From Podarcis gaigeae (Eukaryota): 64,000 nucleotides of DNA. The position numbers were made by a program, and so were the translations under genes. The notes beneath the pieces were generated by a model. That model ran no database searches. It was not told where the DNA came from and saw nothing but the letters and a program-made list of their open reading frames with translations. The DNA is taken from assembly GCA_964106915.2 (NCBI GenBank), contig OZ066921.1; one strand, written 5' to 3'. This document shows, in pieces, positions 62,077 to 64,000 of this stretch (positions are counted from its first letter, which is position 1; every line of letters starts with the position of its first letter).

Positions 62077-62883
62077 CTCCGTAGCAAGTCCCTTGGGGGT
62101 CTGTGCCTGCCCTGCCCTGTCCTCAGTTCAGCCAGTTAATTGATCTGTTATTTGCACCCTACTCTTCTACACATATGCACTCAGAGAAGCTGCCCCTATT
62201 TGGATTCCACCTTTGTCTCCCGTGGCATCAGGAGCATAATTCAGCCTGCTGTTATTCTCAATGTCCCAGTTCAGGCAATCATCATGGTCAAATTGATCCA
62301 GGTTTGTTTTAACTAATTAGAATAAACTGCAGTTCCCTCAATTGATTCAGAATAAGAAACTGTGGTTTGTTCTAAAATGAAAGAGAAACTTTAATTTTCA
62401 AGTATGTGCATCAAAGGCCGGATGTGAATCATTAATAGTAATCTAAACTTTGGTTTCAATGATTGTCTAAACTGGGCCAGTGTCAGCCAAGCCAGGGCAG
62501 CATGCAGTTTTACCCCTAAGCAGACCTGAACTGTGCGTTCTACAACCCATAGTCCCTGAGATGAAGTTCTGAGAACTGGAGACAGATCCAGGGCCTGTAT
62601 TTCAGCTAGAACGTGAAATGTAGCAGGTGGAATGTGCTGATCTATTCTTGGCCAGGCAAGGAAGGCAGAAGACCAGGTTTCAAGGCTTGGCCAATCCAGG
62701 CACTTTATATTTCCTGCCAGTCGCAGGGACCAATACCACATATATCTGTTCCTCTTTCTGTGCCTGATGAAGGCACTGGCTACAGCCCCCAGAAGCTGGA
62801 TCCGAGCCCCAGCCCCAACTATGAGGCTCCTAGTTCAAGCTCCAGAGTCTGATGCTGAGATTCTATCTCTGTCCTTCTTACAG

Positions 62884-62974
62884 AATGGAGCGTGCTCTAC
62901 GTTGTCATTGCATCGTTTGTTATCGTGGTTTCCTTGGGGATCTTTTCTTGGGTGGTGGTCTGCTGCTGCAAAAA
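62884..62974 (+). CDS. KIAA0319L: KIAA0319L exon 19 (transmembrane helix EWSVLYVVIASFVIVVSLGIFSWVVVCCCK), 91 nt
   Basis: cttacag| acceptor and AAA|gtgagt donor. Confidence 0.96.
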
Positions 62975-63131
62975 GTGAGTAAGGCCCTGAGGCCTTTCCA
63001 GACCCCTCTTCCCTTAACAGTTAAGTTCACTGCTCTTACTTTTGGGTTAGGTGCTCGTTCTCTGTGAGGGCCTCCCACTCCATCTAAGCTTCATTCTGTT
63101 TCTTTCTCCCCCACGCCCACTTTTTCTTAAG

Positions 63132-63223
63132 ACGTAAGGGAAAACCCAAAAGGAAGAGCAAATACAAGATCTTGGATGCCACAGATCAAGAGAGCCTGGA
63201 GTTAAAACCAAATCCCAAAGCAG
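63132..63223 (+). CDS. KIAA0319L: KIAA0319L exon 20 (cytoplasmic tail RKGKPKRKSKYKILDATDQESLELKPNPKA), 92 nt; final exon outside the window
   Basis: tcttaag| acceptor and CAG|gtaaga donor. YKIL YxxPhi-type motif. Confidence 0.95.
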
Positions 63224-64000
63224 GTAAGACATCAGAAAAGAGGTTAGCACTCACAGAATGCTGACACAGGCTGGTTTCTATTCTCAAGGGTGTTGAATTC
63301 ACTGCATGACATAGGGGAAGATTGTAGCTCTGTGGGTGTTTGCTTGAAAGCTGAGTTTTCGGTGATTCAGTTGTATCTGTTCCCCTCAGAGTTGTGTCCA
63401 ACAGGGCATGTCAAGATGCTTGCCACAAAGGCAGTAAAACGGGGGTCACCTTTTCCCCATGTGCTAGGAGCACTTTTGGCAGTAGAGGGTTTCCGAGAGG
63501 AATTCAGAATAACTTCTACATTATATCTGTCTTTCAGTTTTGCTTTTTAAAGTGCTCATTAGTTTTGTGTGATCTTCACAATAGGGCTGTAACTATTGTC
63601 TTATGGTAAGCATAAGGTTGTCAAGGCTGGTTGCCTCCATAATTCTGTCTTATGTCATGCTGTCCATGCAAGCCATTTTGGGTTAAGTCACAACCCAAGC
63701 ACTTCCCCATAATTCAAAATTTGCCCACTGGTCTAAAAAGGTTGACAACCCCTGATCCATTCTTTCCCGTTTACCTCAATGGAGGTGGGACTAAGTCTCA
63801 TTTTCTAGGTGGATTTTAACTGAAAATCCTTAAAGATATTTCTGGAAACACACATTGAAAAACACAGTTTAAAAAAGTACTAACAAGGCCATCAGAGGGT
63901 TGCATGCTGCCTTTGTTTCTGCCCCCCCCCCATTTTAATAGCTTGTTTCCCCCCTACACAATTCTGCCACTGGAGTGATTGCTCCCAAGGTGGAGCTTGT

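Noticed and set aside
63224-64000. Search for the final KIAA0319L coding exon
   Set aside because: No SESELDSDD-like sequence was found in any frame, so the exon must lie beyond the window.

Overview
Vertebrate genomic DNA. The repeat complement (Sauria SINE, Bov-B, CR1/L2, lacertid-type Tc1/mariner and hAT MITEs) points to a squamate reptile, probably a lacertid lizard. Two genes lie head-to-head around a CpG-island bidirectional promoter at about 10.0-11.3 kb. NCDN (neurochondrin) is on the - strand, with three coding exons visible and the rest beyond position 1. KIAA0319L (AAVR, the adeno-associated virus receptor) is on the + strand, with a non-coding exon 1 and coding exons 2-20 (3163 nt of CDS, GT-AG junctions, phases consistent throughout); its last exon lies beyond the window. 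Introns are rich in transposable elements. I found no unambiguous new gene or system. The most interesting observations are: an inverted MITE pair bracketing the AAV-binding PKD2 exons 8-10; substitutions at AAV-contact residues; a strong-Kozak micro-uORF whose stop codon is created by splicing; a roughly 2 kb decayed hAT transposase-like fossil with a related MITE in a neighbouring intron; and a tight inverted MITE hairpin in intron 2. Comparisons with human proteins are from recall, not from a database search.
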